A stretch of 64,000 nucleotides of DNA from Oikopleura dioica (Eukaryota; Animalia; Chordata). The stretch is from NCBI GenBank assembly GCA_907165135.1, contig OU015567.1:4402001-4466000 (forward strand). Direction: 5' to 3'. Below, in pieces: positions 12,862-26,658 of the stretch. The notes beneath the pieces were generated by a model. The model was not told the DNA's origin and did not search any database. It worked only from the letters and a program-made list of their open reading frames with translations. Positions within the stretch are counted from its first letter, which is position 1. Every line of letters begins with the position of its first letter. The translations under genes were made by a program, and so were the position numbers.

Positions 12862-13226
12862 CAAACCCGACAACAATACTTTTTACAAAAATACCACTGC
12901 ACAAAATTCTGATTCTTCCTTGATTCCCACCTTGACAAGTCCATGAGCTGGAGACGAACGCTGATGACGGGACAGAAAGACCTGTTTTTTATGTCTTTTT
13001 CCTGATGGCTTTACCTGCTCTGACGATATTGAATAAATAAATGGAATTTTGACAAGCTCAGTTCCTCTCAGACTATAACAACTCAATAAGTAATACAGAA
13101 TCGAAGAGTTTGGCAGCTGAAAGTCAAATACCAAGAATGCTAATGCACTTCCCACTATTCAAAATATTTATGAGCCTCCGATATATACAGGTATTCTCGA
13201 TGAACTAACCGAAGAAACCACTGAAC

Positions 13227-13506
13227 ATGAATTTTTCTAAAATATCCTTCCTCTTCTTTGCTTTTGCTAAGGGCTTTTCAGTCTACTTTCTCAACAATAT
13301 TTTCAAAGAATGCGAACAAGGTAAAGAAGAACACCTTTTTCTTCATACTTAAATTTCATTCAATAGTAGCATTTGCGAATCGAGTGGCTGCAGACGAGGA
13401 AATCGACTTCCAAAAAATCTTCAACGAGTGTAATTCAATGATGAATAATTTCGTTCTTCCGGAAAATTTGAAAGAAAAAGACCCTCAATTTTCCCGCAGA
13501 AAATGA
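13227..13506 (+). CDS. Small secreted orphan protein, two exons (tandem paralog 1)
   Basis: MNFSKISFLFFAFAKG signal; phase-1 intron 13321-13366; NNIFKEC...EEIDFQKIFNEC. Confidence 0.75.
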
Positions 13507-13727
13507 TAGAAACTCGCCAAAATGGCGAAATTAATAAAACTGAAAAAATAAATATTTTGGAAACCGCTTTGTTGAGAGTGTTGTTTCGCTTTTGATATTC
13601 TCATTCGTAGTTTAGAACTTGTTTCTTTATCAAAACAGCCATTTTTTATCTTCTTAGAATCTCCTTATTGAATTTTTAAGCACCCACGGGTATAAATCGA
13701 GCAATAATCAACAAGAAGTAAAAAGAA

Positions 13728-14007
13728 ATGAATTTTTTTGGCCTTATCTTACTCTTTTTCGACGATGCTTCTTATGGCTTTCAAGTTTACCGGCTAAACA
13801 AAATATATAACGAGTGTGCATATGGTAATTAATTGACATTTTCGGATAATGCCATTATTTTCAGAGGTCTTTTTGGATCATGTCTTGGCAAATGAAGAAA
13901 TTGACTTCCAAGCAATCTTCAACGAATGTAATACAATGCTCAAAAACTACTTCGTTCCAAAAGACTTGCAAAGTATGCAACCGACGGATTCGCCAACTGA
14001 CCCCTGA
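13728..14007 (+). CDS. Small secreted orphan protein, two exons (tandem paralog 2)
   Basis: TATAAA at ~13691; same intron position and phase as paralog 1; NKIYNEC...EEIDFQAIFNEC. Confidence 0.75.
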
Positions 14008-14484
14008 CAAATGAATACATGAAATATCTACCGATGAGATGGTAGTGAAAAATTGTTTTTCTTTAAAAATACATTTCCATATTTTTCAATCCAAATTTGT
14101 CTTGCTGAAAAAAGGGTTTCAAAAGCCAATTTATTATTCAAGTGGCATAAAAAGACGCCGAGAAGACTCCGGTCAGGAAGAAGACAGAGTGTTAAGTGTC
14201 TAAATTCTCCGCTATGTTCATCAGCGTAAAAACAAAAGGAGAGAGGTACGAGTTCATGCATAATCAATTTGGGCGGCGTCATTAAACCGCCCGCATAAAT
14301 CTGTAACTTCGTGAGGATACTGCCCCAGGGGAGTGGAGTTGGCGTCCCCTGGCGACAATGCGCCGCAACATCTTTTCCATTTCTTTACATTTGATAGACT
14401 AAGAGCTCTTCTTTTCTCTGATTTATCGAAGGAAGCTTATATAGAGATAACAGAAGCTGAAGATTATTTAAAAAAGAAGAGTCA

Positions 14485-16025
14485 ATGGGTAACAATGGCT
14501 CCACAGAAAGTAATGACTCTGGATACGTATCCGCGAATTCGGTAAATTCGATCAACCCCCTCTTTTTTCCATCTTACTCTCCCTAGATAAAATCTGTGTA
14601 TGATTCATTCATTTTCTAGGGAGGAAAATTTCCGTCAATCTACCCAGTTCAAATTCTCAAGCAGTCCGTCTCATTTGCTTCCCAAAAACGATCGAGTTCT
14701 GCGGGAGAAAGTACCTGGAAAAAAATTGTAATATTTGACTTACCTTTGCTTTTTCCGTCAACTGCTTTTTGAAATTATAATAAGGCAGGCGGACGAAAAC
14801 GAAGATCTAAAGTGATTCCTTCGCAATCGATGCCCGAGAATGTGAAAGTTGTCAATAATTACGACCTCCACCGAAATCGACCACCGAAGACGAATTCTTC
14901 TTACAAAATAGAAGTGGAGAATCCGCATTACGAGATGAGTGCGAATTTCGCAAAATCCTGCTCAGTATCTGGCCTTGCAGCCATCCACAAGAACATAAAT
15001 TTGAGTCGTCTGCCAACATCAAAGACGAATTATAATCTCAACAAGCATCCGTCAACTGTCAAGGAATCGATGCTACAGATCATTCTCGGAATGGGCCTGA
15101 AATTCAGTATTATTAACATCGAAAAAGAAAGTGACAATGACCGGAAGTACCAGTGAAATGCTCCTGTGCCTCGCAAACTTTGTCAACTCAAGGTCAGCCT
15201 TTTAATTCAAAAATATTGACGCTTGAATAACTCGATTAAAAGATCCGAAATATCAATAGAAGCGGATAAAATGGTGCTATGGCTTCGCAACGTCGACCGT
15301 CACTTACTTAATCAGGGTACGAGCTGAACCGTTGCAGAAGCGACAGTAGTGTAATTGAATTAAGGCTGGCAAGACTGTGTGTTTATCGGCCCGACTGCAC
15401 TTGTGCTCATGTTTCTGCGAAAGGGGATGCAAATTTAGTATTCAGCCGAATTGATAAACACATCTTCTCGTTCTGAAACGATCGATTAGTATTCCTCCAA
15501 AGTTAATAAAAATTGACCTGCCGCGGAGGGACCCAAGACTGACAATCGAAGACATAAGAAAACGATTATTAACTTATCTGTACATAACTTACAGGTAAAC
15601 GCCTCTATCTTAATCTTCCTCCATCATTTTTAAGCTACGCTGGCCCAGAAATCTCCTACCCCGTTAAACCATTCATGTGCTTATCGACAGAATCGTCAGA
15701 TAGTTTTTGGAATAGGTGCCTTCATTTGAGCATACGAAGCAGTGACCAGGTACTGACTAAAGATAAAAATCATCTAGCCTTGTTTTACTAGCTCCTGAGG
15801 CTTGCTACGGATCCTAACTTCTTTGCCAGGTGCTTTCGGGAGCTGAAATTGTACCAGGAAAGGGTCTTTTACTTTTCTAAAATAAAAGTCCGTTAACTTT
15901 ATATTGTGGCGATTTGGGAATTCCTCTTTGACCGAGTCAACCAATGCAATTGCAAATATATCTTCAAGGAAAGACCCTTAGCTACAGGGAGAACCAACAC
16001 GGTGACAGGTGCTTGCGAGTGCTGA
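14485..16025 (+). CDS. CDK5R1: Cyclin-dependent kinase 5 activator (p35/p39-like); 3' end approximate
   Basis: MG start; spliced motifs STWKKI, GSTSEMLLCLANF, VLWLRNVDRHLLNQGWQD, EISYPVKPF, FWNRCL and LATDPNFFARCFRELK match the p35 family. Confidence 0.88.
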
Positions 16026-16390
16026 CGAAGCGATCTGACATTTGAGTGAATATTTAATGCTTTGCAGTGATCGATCATGGTGAAAATGGACGCTCTGTGG
16101 CGATCGTATAAAAACAGATTTTTTGCTGCTCGATTTTCAATAAAGGCCTCTCGACAAAATCAGATAATTAATACTTGATTAGTCGACGATAAGTAACAGC
16201 CCTGGCTATCCCAGTTCGATTTTGAGTTATTTTTTTCAATTTTAATTTTGAAGGAACTATAAAAGCAGCACATAGGATCAGTCTTGGTTGTTGAAATCTG
16301 AAGGGAAAATACTATATCGAAATTGCACAAGTGTAGATGGAGAAGAAAATAATAAATAGAATTGAAATATGAATTGAAAGAATGAAATCA

Positions 16391-19300
16391 TCAGGAGTAG
16401 TTGGAGAAATTCATTTTGAGCTCGATCTTTGGCTGGGCGCCATCACGGGACTCCGCCAACGCTGAATGTGCATTTTGCTGCGCCCGCACGCTTTTTTCGA
16501 CGATGAGTTTGAACTGACTGTCGGACAGGAGCACCCGTTTTACTGAAAGACGAGGTAAAGAAGCGACCGGGATATGGGTGGGATTTTTACCTGTTTGCGA
16601 ATATGAGCCAGAAGCAACTGTGAATAGCTGTAGAACTTCTTGGGTTTTGATTTCCTTCTGCAACAAGTTGAAGAGAAGTCGGACGTAGATTATCTTTTAT
16701 GGGGCTAGTAAATACGCTTCATGATGCCCTGAAACCCAAAAAAAAGGATTTATTGAAGAGGATCTATTTTTTTCAATATCTACTGTATCCGTATGTTGTG
16801 CCCATTCCTGTCCGCATTCATTATTTTCAGCAAATTGGGCAAAAATCTTCATTGCTTCAAGTGTATCCCTTGGAGACATGAGATTTTCCCAGATCAGTCG
16901 GCTTACATGGCTTCCAACATCATTTATCAAAACTAGACGCAATCAGTTTCAGACACGAACGATATAAGTCTTTTTATTACCTTTTTCAAGCCTTTCGTCT
17001 GCTTTTTTGAGGCAGGTCTGGATAAGTTGGACTGTCTGCGCTTGAGAGTCTTGTTTACCCAAGCCGTGGACGAACACCTTGCAGAGATCTTTGAGATGAG
17101 CCGTGGATAGTTGGAGATGATAGTTTGCAATGAAGAAGGCGGCAACGGTGGTGGATAGATTCACCGAGTGTTTATGTACAGGCAGATCGCAGTAGCGCAT
17201 TATGATAGAGTGAACTATCTTGTCATCAAAATTTTTGACGATCCCGAGAATCGAGACAACAGTAGATACTAACGAGGAACTGTATGGGAAGCGGCAAATC
17301 GTGAGGCAAAGGAGGGATGACAACGCGTACGAGAGGATTAGCTTATCTGACTCTTCCTCCTCCACGAGGTTCTTGAGCATTTGCGTAATGAAGCCAAGGG
17401 ATGCATCAGAACACGATTTTTCCAACGCACATATGGTAGTTTCTAGCGCAAATTGTCTTTTATAAGCTTTCAAATGATACGTTTTTACGATATTTAGCTG
17501 TTTTAACGCCGAAACGCAGGGCGACCAATTAATTGGTACAAGGCTCTTTAATGCCTCATAAACCAACTTTTACTTTACGCTAGAAAAAAATGAACCCCCA
17601 CTTATGGAGCTACTTTTTATCGAGGAATTCGATTCCGGTGTCAAAAAAATTCTTTTTTGAAAATTTTTGATTTTAGCTATTGAACGAAATTTTGAACTCG
17701 GATATTTTTTTATTCTTTCAACAATAAATCGCCATTACGTCGTCATTCGACACATTTAGAAATACGCATATTTACTCATATTTATGTTATGATAAGGATA
17801 TAATATGGGGATGAAATTGAAGCTAAGCGTCTGAGAATTTTTTATCTCTATCATTTATTCAGTAGACTTATCAGTTTCATTGTTAAAAAGGGGTAAAAGG
17901 GCCATACCAATTAATTGGTACGATCTGCGTTCAACCTTGAAAAAATTTTATGCGTTCCGGCGTTAAAAGGCTTTCCTGAGATCGTCGTTGAGCTTCACGG
18001 AAGAAATGATTCTTGTCGATATCTCCAACGCCTTTTCTGTCAGTTTTTCTTCATTTCTAGTGATGATTACTCTATGAGCAACTCTCAGAATGTCCTGCAA
18101 GATGTCCATCTTTGATGAAAGCTCGTCGAAGTGAATCTTTGCCAGGGCAGAGGTCGCATGCAGCGCGTCTTCAGCAGAAATACTCGACGCTGGAGCTAGA
18201 AGAGTTTCAACAGCGAGTCCAGTGATGAGTTGGACGATTATTTCGCGCTCATCCGCTTCGTTCCAGTATTCGTCCAGTTTTGTCAAGATTGCGACTGCGT
18301 GAGCGATAGAATTGCATATTCTAGCGAAATAAATTATGAATAATAGGAAAACAAGTACCGTTGCTTAGATGATTTGGCCAAGAAGGAGATCCAGATCTTC
18401 TTCAAGTCCGTCAATTCTACACTGACCAAGTTCAACATTCCATCTGGCGGCAATTCCCTCTCTGGGCCAAATTTAAACCCTCCCGTGGCTTGCTCGGCGG
18501 CAGCGATGTAAATATCTGCCCAAGACATGATGCATGCTTCGTCTTTCAGCTGGCACATTTTCGGCGACGCGTGACCTTCTTTTGTCGGGTATCGGATCAA
18601 ATCGAGGGAGGAAACCATCAGTCGGTAGACGCGCTGGATATCGTTGGTGCTTGACGCGACGCCAGAACTGAGCCACTTTGCGGCGACGCTAGAAGCTTGG
18701 ACGGAGACGAGAGGCAACGAGTCGCTAGAAAAGGCAGGGCGAAGAGCAGCGGAGATATTTGCTTGGTACTGCTCAAGAAGAAAGCTTCCAGCGACATCCG
18801 GGTCCATCGAGTTTTTGAAAAGATCGATTAAACTGAAGTGAATTGAGTTTTTTTCGTGGAAAAAGAGAGGCCTTACCGTTCTAGGGAGGTCAAACCGGCG
18901 ATAGAAAGCTGCGTGTTTGAGTCCGTAGCGGCGATGAAAAAGCAGCGGATCAGATCTGACAAGTGCGTCACTAGAAATTGGCTCTTATCTCCCTTTTCTT
19001 GTCTGCATAATTCCAAATCGAAGTGCGCTCGGTGACCAGAATCCACGCAGTGTTCCATGATATTGCTCAAAATCTCAGCTGCGAAAACACGTGTCCTCCA
19101 ATGCGGCTTTTCTTTCTTCTCGCCTTCGTTCATCGTCATTTTCTCCTCGTCGTCTTCTTCTTCTGAGTCTTCTCCGAGGTTATTAGAACTTTCATTGACA
19201 GCAGCATGGGATGCTTGAAAGACTTCTCGGACAAGAGCGATCCAGAAGCTTGTTTTTTCCTCGATTCTTGCTGTTAGGAGGAGATTTAGCGTGTCTCGAA

Positions 19301-22300
19301 CCTGAAAATAATCGTAAAAAAGAGAGTCAAGGAGCTTCAAACCTGATTTAGCGCGATTCCATCCGGTATTTCGAAAAGATCAAACAATTTGCTCTCAATT
19401 CCATTGGGATAGATCCCTTCACAGAGGATTGAAACATCTCTTGGGTTTCTTTGTGACAGTTGCCTGATACAACCGACGGCGACGGATTGAAGCTGTGTGT
19501 CGAGATTGGAGTTTAAGTACTCGCAAAGACGGGGGACGATTCTTGAGAGATTCTCTTCCTTTGGAACAAACATTTGAAGACATTGGGCACAGGAAATCGC
19601 TTCTTGAACCGCTGTTGTTGATTCTAGCACGGCTATGCAAGCTCTTATCGTCCTAAAAAGCGATAAAATCGGGCAAAGGGGGAAGGTTTACCTTAGGGAG
19701 TCTTCATCCATTGACAATTCCGGGCCAATGACAGTAATTAACGCCTGTAACAACTTTGACAAACACTTGACATTCTGCATGGATGAGTTTGCAGCAAGCA
19801 GTTGATCCAAAACGCAATCCACCGTCGGTTCGATAAAAGATGTGTAGTTCGGGCCAACAGCGTCGACGACCAAATACAGCGCGAATGTCGCCCAAGTCTG
19901 AACCTGCCCAAGCCTGGCATCATTCGCGATGGAGAGAAGAATTGAACAAGTCGTCCGGATGTGGGAGTTTTTTGCACCAGTTCCGACAAATCTATGTAAA
20001 TCGCCCAAAACGAGGCAGAATCCCGACTTTGCCGCTTCCGTTGATTTCGGGTCCTTGATCTTTTCGAAGGACAATTGTGCGAGACTGTTGATCAAATGTG
20101 GGTTCAATTGCGCCAGCCGACCAAGGCCGGATGAAGCTACGCACTTGACAATCGGGCTCGGGTGAGAAACGAAGGAGATGAGCAACTCCGCGGTGGCTTT
20201 TATAACTTGTTCGTCGCCAACAGTACCTTTGAGTCTGCTGCATTCTTTGAGGGCAAGAGAAAACGCTGCTAGAATGTTGACTTGGATAAAAACCCGGCGA
20301 TCTTTTCGAACTTGACGGAGGCATTGAATGAAGTGATTGGCAATTTGCGCTCTGTGTTTGATCGCGGAGAGTGGAAATGCCTGGCCAAAGAGGGTACAAG
20401 CTTCGTCTAGCAGCTGATTCTGGAGAGGAAGCGGTTCGGGCATGTCTACAGACTTGGTGATTATGCTTGATGCTGAGTGCTGAAGACATCCTAGAGGCAT
20501 TTTGCATGTTTGAACGATATTCCCGTCCGATAATAATTCTAGATCTTGGACGTCCACTAATGAGTCGAGCAAGGATGTGGTGTATAATTCGTTGGATTCG
20601 GCCAGAGTGATGTCGGAGACTAGATGCTTGAGAAGATCCGAAAGGCTATGTTCCCACAACTCTCGCGGACAGGCTGAAAGGGTCGAATAAAGAACCATTT
20701 TGTAGTAATGAACGACGGAAACAAGGGGCTGGCCGAAGGTTGAAACGACTTTTGCGGTATGCGAGAGATATTCTAGCGCCGCCCGGAGAATTCTCACGAT
20801 CGTTTCAGACTGTTTACTGACTAGTTCTGGATGTTCTTCTACAAAGACCTTGAGCGCTTTGAGTGCTCCAGATCGGGATTCGACGATGAGACGAACTTGA
20901 TCGCAACTTTCTAGCTTTTGCTCTTTCAAATACGCTCCTTTGACATCTCCGCTCGGAAACGACGCCGAAGCCTGACTCAAAATTGTTGAAACAATTTCGT
21001 CACTCGTTTCAGGAACTGAAAGAACACCACAATACAGTAGCCAGGCGCCAAGGAATTTCGAACGAGAAGTTGCGGCATCTGCGGACTTGGATTTCAAAAG
21101 ATCATGGGCATTTTCCAGAATGGGATTAATGTGGCATGATTCGATGACAGTATGGCGGCACAAGCCGATCGAGCTCAAGTTGGCGACCAAAGCGCATGTG
21201 TGGCCTTCCACGGCGATACGATTAGACTTGAATTTGCACAGTCTGGAGACGAGAGTGTTGAAAATTGACCAGTGAAGGGAAGGCTGGGACAGGGCGATTT
21301 GCCGGAGACACCAGGCCGCGGAAAGACGAGCCATGGGAAGCTCGTGGCAAAGAGTTGATTGAAGACCAGTTGTTACTGTTCCGTCGGAAAGAGAAGGCAA
21401 GGAGGATGATTGAAGAATGAGCGTTACAGAAGTGATGGCTTGAGAAGCAAGGGAGAGGGCATAGCCGCTTTGGATATCCGGCGAGGCGCAGTGGTCGCAA
21501 ATGAACTGGCCCAGGACCTTCATCGCTTGAAGCTGCGCCTTTTCAGGCAGTAATTGGCCCACTGTTTCGAAAAGGATCCTCCTTAGCTGGCGACAAGTGT
21601 ACAGTGCTTCTTGGTGACTCTGGGTCGTTCTTGGCTCCATCGCAATGCCCAAAATATGCCCTAGAAACAGCGTTGAGTTTGACTCAAGCCAATTCGATCC
21701 CAATCCTCGAATGAGGAAGACATGCGCATCTGCGATTCCCAATTTGACGATAGAAGGCGAAATGTCTTGCTTGAAAATTTCGCGCTTTTGAACGCAAGCT
21801 CCGGTAATAAACGCCTGTCTGAAGTATCCGAGGACTTCTTGGAGCGTTGGTTTTCGATCCTTTTTGTTGTCTGGCGGGAGTTTGATGTTGTTGTTGAGCG
21901 CTGAGAGGGCGAGATTCGCGATGAGGATGGAGAAGCTTTTCGTCCGCCCCTCGTTGGTCATGTATTTCGCGGCGAGAGAGAAGAGAGCTTCGAATTCGGA
22001 CTGGACCAGCAGGGCTGGGTAGAACTTGGCGAGTTGTGATAGGCAATCTGCGGCGCTGCATCGAACATTGACTTTTGAGAGTTAAAAGATGTAGTAAAAG
22101 GTTCCAAAATTAATAGAATTGGTATTTAGGGCTCATTAGAAGTAATAAAGAAAAAAATTGGTAAAGATTTAATAATTGGGGGATTATGGCGTCTTGTTCC
22201 GAATCCAGAATTCAGAAAAGTAACGACTTCTTTAATTCAAACTCTGCCTGAGGAATGTGTCATGTAAGGCCTGACAGCTTTGTAAATCTTCGCATGAAAC

Positions 22301-22876
22301 ATGGAGGCTGAATTCTCCAGTCCAGAAAGAACCTTTCCAATCGCCGTTAGGGTCTCGCATCTTGTCGCTTCGCTCACTTTCAGTCCTATCAGTAACGAAG
22401 AGATCGTATCCATCATGCAGGATCCGAGAAGTCTTCCGAGCTCTTGAAAGAGCGTTCCGATCACTTCTAGCGCAAACAATCGCTGGCCATTTGATTCTTT
22501 CGCTTCTGGCTTCTTTTGCACAAGATCTGCGCAAGTAATAACCACCTGGTAAGCGCCAAAGGGGTTTCCCTTACTGTACATTCTAGCCATCGCTTCCGCT
22601 GTCAGACGACGAACGGGAGGGGCTGCATTGCAAAGGAGAAGGGCATCCAGTTCTTTTGTCAACTCGGGCTGGCATTTTCGGACGATTACTGGGTCAGTTT
22701 GTCGAAGAAAATCTTGAACTTCAGTTAACCAGTCGAAAACTAGCGAATGTCTTCTGGCGTCCGGCAATCGACTGAAATCAAATGAATGATTATTTAAAAC
22801 TTTTCTTGAAAATAAATTGTTAATTTATTTACCTGAGATGTTCTTTATTCAGACTGGGAGGCTTTTCAGCCGCCAT
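16391..22876 (-). CDS. HEATR5B: HEAT repeat-containing protein 5 (HEATR5A/B)
   Basis: N-terminus LNKEHLSRLPDARRHSLVFDWL; 757-aa HEAT-repeat exon; motifs WRTRVFAAE, LVTHLSDLIRCFFIAATD and LLEQYQANISAALRPAFS typical of HEATR5. Confidence 0.92.
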
Positions 22877-23249
22877 TTCAATATTTTCTTTTCCAACAGG
22901 AATTCTCTACTACGTCTTCATTTTCGAATCTCGATAGCGAGAATTTCCAATTTTGGGCGCTACTGGCCAATCGCGCTCGCGTGAGATTCTCTTTTCTTCA
23001 GCGCGGGCACCTTTTTTCGGGAAATGGCCGGGTAAATTCAGGTAAATTTTGTGCTTGATATTTCTGGAACTTCTGGAATAGAAACTGAACGATCACTTTT
23101 AGGACTCTTCTTTATTGTAAAGGGCTAAGGCTGACATTTTAAAAAAATATTTTTTCAGAGCTGAGCAGGGCGACTTCAAAGCCAAGTTGAATTTGTCAAA
23201 TCTTTTTCCGGGCTCTAGAAAATGCCGTTGCTCTTTCCACAGAAGCTCA

Positions 23250-26200
23250 ATGATGACTTCTAAAATTCTTCTTTTTATTAATTTTTCGTTTGCGCTTATT
23301 GGGAAAGAGAGTATTTTAGACTTGCGGATTATAGATAGGCCTCGGACGTAAAAATCCATCACCTCGAAAACGCTTAGGTACCTGCAAATTTCTTTGTGGA
23401 ATGTCTAGAACGGCTCATTGTGAGTCTATAAAACCAAAAAAATTGAAAAAAAAATTTCGATTTTCGGCTGAAAATTCGAAAAGTTGTGAGATTTTTTGAG
23501 TAGGTACTGGAAAAGTGCTGATTTGACCCCGATCCAGTCAGATTTCGGGGTGACAAGTAGCATCATTAGAAAGCTCTTGAAATTTGCTACAAGAAACTGC
23601 AATAAAAAAATTGTACCCGAGCTTCCTGTGTTGAGTTATTTGAGGTTGAAAGCGAAGATTGAGGCCAGATTTCACCAAATTTGCTAATTTCTCGCGATTA
23701 TTTTGTAATTATTAATGTTATGGTATAAATACTTGAACGAATGTTCTTACACACCCTTAGTGAGTCGACCGGTCGCCCAACCGCGTGGTTAACCAGCCGG
23801 TAACCGCGGCCCAACCAGCCGGTTTTCCTCAAGAATCATCGAAATAACCATTATAATGTATGCTTTTTGAATATTGATCAATTGACGATCATTTTGTAAT
23901 GGCCACTTATGGTCATCTTTGGTCAACTTTGGTCTAGTTCGGCCGGAGGACCCTGGAGGACCTCCCTGGTGGAAGACCCTCCGATGGAAGACTAATACTT
24001 AAAATACTCAATATATGGCCGCGCTCGGCCAGAATATGGCCATCTATGGTCAACTTTGGCCACTTTATGCCGGAGGACCCCCGGAGGACCCCTTCTCCCG
24101 GATGAAAATCTACTGGAAGACCAAAATTAAATAATGAAATCGCTTGGGCTAAGAATTGAAACTTTTTTTCAATCAGAGAGCCGACCCGAAGGGGAGCCCT
24201 TGCCCGTTCATTTATTTTCAATCAGAGACAGGGCAAAGCCGACCCAAAGGGGACGCCTTGCCCGTTCTTTTTTTTACAATCAGAGTCGGGGCGAAGCCGA
24301 CCCGAAAAAAAAACCATGCCCGTTTATTCTTTAAAATCAGATTCAGGGCGTAGCCCTAATCAGCCAGCCGTTTCTGTTAAATACCAACATGAATACCATT
24401 TTCATTATAAAATTTAAGAATTATAAAATGTATTCAGATTAAAAACAGTGTTTCCGATCTCGATATAATTGTATTTATTTACTCAAAAAACTAATTTAAA
24501 GGGAGTTGAAAATGACCAATCGAGTTTATTTCAATTGTAATATCGTACTTATTCAGAATCATTTATAGGTAAGAATGTCATTCATAGATGGCCATAAACT
24601 GGCCAAGCGCGGCCATATATTGAGTATTTTAAAAATTAGTCTTCCATCGGAGGGTCTTCCACCAGGGAGGTCCTCCAGGGTCCTCCGGCCGAACTAGACC
24701 AAGGATGACCATAAGTGGCAATTTACTGGCCGAGCAAAATGATCGTCAATTGATCAATATTCAAAAAGCATACATTATAATGGTTATTTCGATGATTCTT
24801 GAGGAAAACCGGCTGGTTGGGCCGCGGTTACCGGCTGGTTAACCACGCGGTTGGGCGACCGGTCGACTCACTAAGGGTGTGTAAGAACATTCGTTCAAGT
24901 ATTTATACCATAACATTAATAATTACAAAATAATCGCGAGAAATTAGCAAATTTGGTGAAATCTGGCCTCAATCTTCGCTTTCAACCTCAAATAACTCAA
25001 CACAGGAAGCTCGGGTACAATTTTTTTATTGCAGTTTCTTGTAGCAAATTTCAAGAGCTTTCTAATGATGCTACTTGTCACCCCGAAATCTGACTGGATC
25101 GGGGTCAAATCAGCACTTTTCCAGTACCTACTCAAAAAATCTCACAACTTTTCGAATTTTCAGCCGAAAATCGAAATTTTTTTCAATTTTTTGGTTTTAT
25201 AGACTCACAATGAGCCGTTCTAGACATTCCACAAAGAAATTTGCAGGTACCTAAGCGTTTTCGAGGTGATGGATTTTTACGTCCGAGGCCTAATTATAGA
25301 GCAAACGGAAGAGAATGTGCTTTTAGAGTGGAGAGAAGGCGTAACGCTTGATAAATACTTTATAATTATTTACAAGGAATATGGAAACTACGAGTACGAA
25401 TACGTAAGTTCAAGCTTGGGCTCAGCATGATTAATTGAACTGTAGCTCAACGAACAAGCCGTCGAAAAACCCTTTGCAAATGTGGTCGGTCTCGAGCCCA
25501 ATACATTCTACAAATTTGGCCTTTACGGAACAAACGGAACAGCTGCAACTAGAGGCGCTACTTCTTGGATTGTCGCCCGAACGCTTGGTGAGACTGTCAG
25601 ACAATTTCCAGGGACTTTGTATCCGGACAACAGTGGTTTTGCTTCCTTGGTTGTTTTGCCTGACTCGTTGGATGACTGGTGGGACCAGTGTGCGTATGTT
25701 CTGACGATAGATCTTCAGGTAGAATTTCCACTGATAAGGAAAGAAGGAGACTTTCTAGTGTCCGATTAAATCAATCGATTTCGACGTCGGAGAGTCCGTG
25801 GTCGTCATTGAAAGAGGAGAAGAAGAGCTCGTCTTGGCTTTCGGAAAAATGGCGCTAGACTCTGTTTTCAGAGTGCACAAGAAGTTTCATTATTTTGTGC
25901 ATGTTGACCCAGACCATTGCAATATTACATCGTTGGAGGACAAATTTATCATATGTAGGTTACTAGAGTGTGACTTTTAGGCAATAGTTTTTTCAGCGAG
26001 AAATGATGACTCGGTGGGGATCATGAACGAAATAATTACAGTTTCAGAAGAAGCAACTTGGCCAACTGAAGCTTTTTATGAAGGGATAAGAAAATGTTTA
26101 GATAATAAGTTTTACGTATTATCTAAATTTACGTTAGCGTTATACGTCTAAGCTCGTTACATATTTAAAATTTCTGACCAGATTGAATTGAAGTAAATTT

Positions 26201-26658
26201 AAAGTCACTACTTTAAATAATAATAAAAAATATGGTGTCTATTTTTTCATGAAATCTTCATGAAATCTATCTAAGAAATGAACTCGTTCTATGCTCTTTT
26301 TGAACCCCAAAATATCCTCAAAAAGCCTGCCGAAACCTGGGTCCGCCTCGTCAGTATAGATTTGAAGCCTTATCAAGTGTCTGTCTGCCCTCCAAAGATC
26401 CTACTCGAGAGTTCATCAACGCTATCTCAAAACTGTGCAACATCTGTCAGCCTCACTGAAAACGAACTTGGCTGGAATTTGGACTTTGAAGCAAACTACA
26501 CTTCTGGAATTTGCGAAGCGAATCAAGATCGACTCTGCGAAACGCGACTCTTTCAAACGCATCTTTGGCAAAACGACTTTGGAATTGGCATTGTCGAGAA
26601 TCTTTCGTGCTCTGTGCGCATTGATTTTTATGTCGAATTTGCTGTGTTTTTATTTTAA
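23250..26658 (+). pseudogene. Secreted fibronectin type III-domain gene interrupted in exon 1 by a hAT element
   Basis: Removing 23336-25292 and one TSD gives MMTSKILLFINFSFALIGKESILDLRIIEQTEENVLLEW...VVGLEPNTFYKFGLYG (signal peptide + FN3); further exons to ~26658. Confidence 0.7.
23336..25292. mobile_element. Non-autonomous hAT-like element with ~710-bp TIRs
   Basis: Ends TAGGCC...GGCCTA; 8-bp TSD ATTATAGA at 23328-23335 and 25293-25300; arms ~23336-24048 and ~24582-25292 nearly identical (same 63-aa ORF on both strands); no transposase. Confidence 0.93.

Noticed and set aside
14000-16350. First looked like a decayed retroelement
   Set aside because: Resolved as the intron-rich CDK5 activator gene.
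23496-25135. Identical 63-aa ORFs on opposite strands
   Set aside because: By-product of the long TIRs; no transposase motifs.
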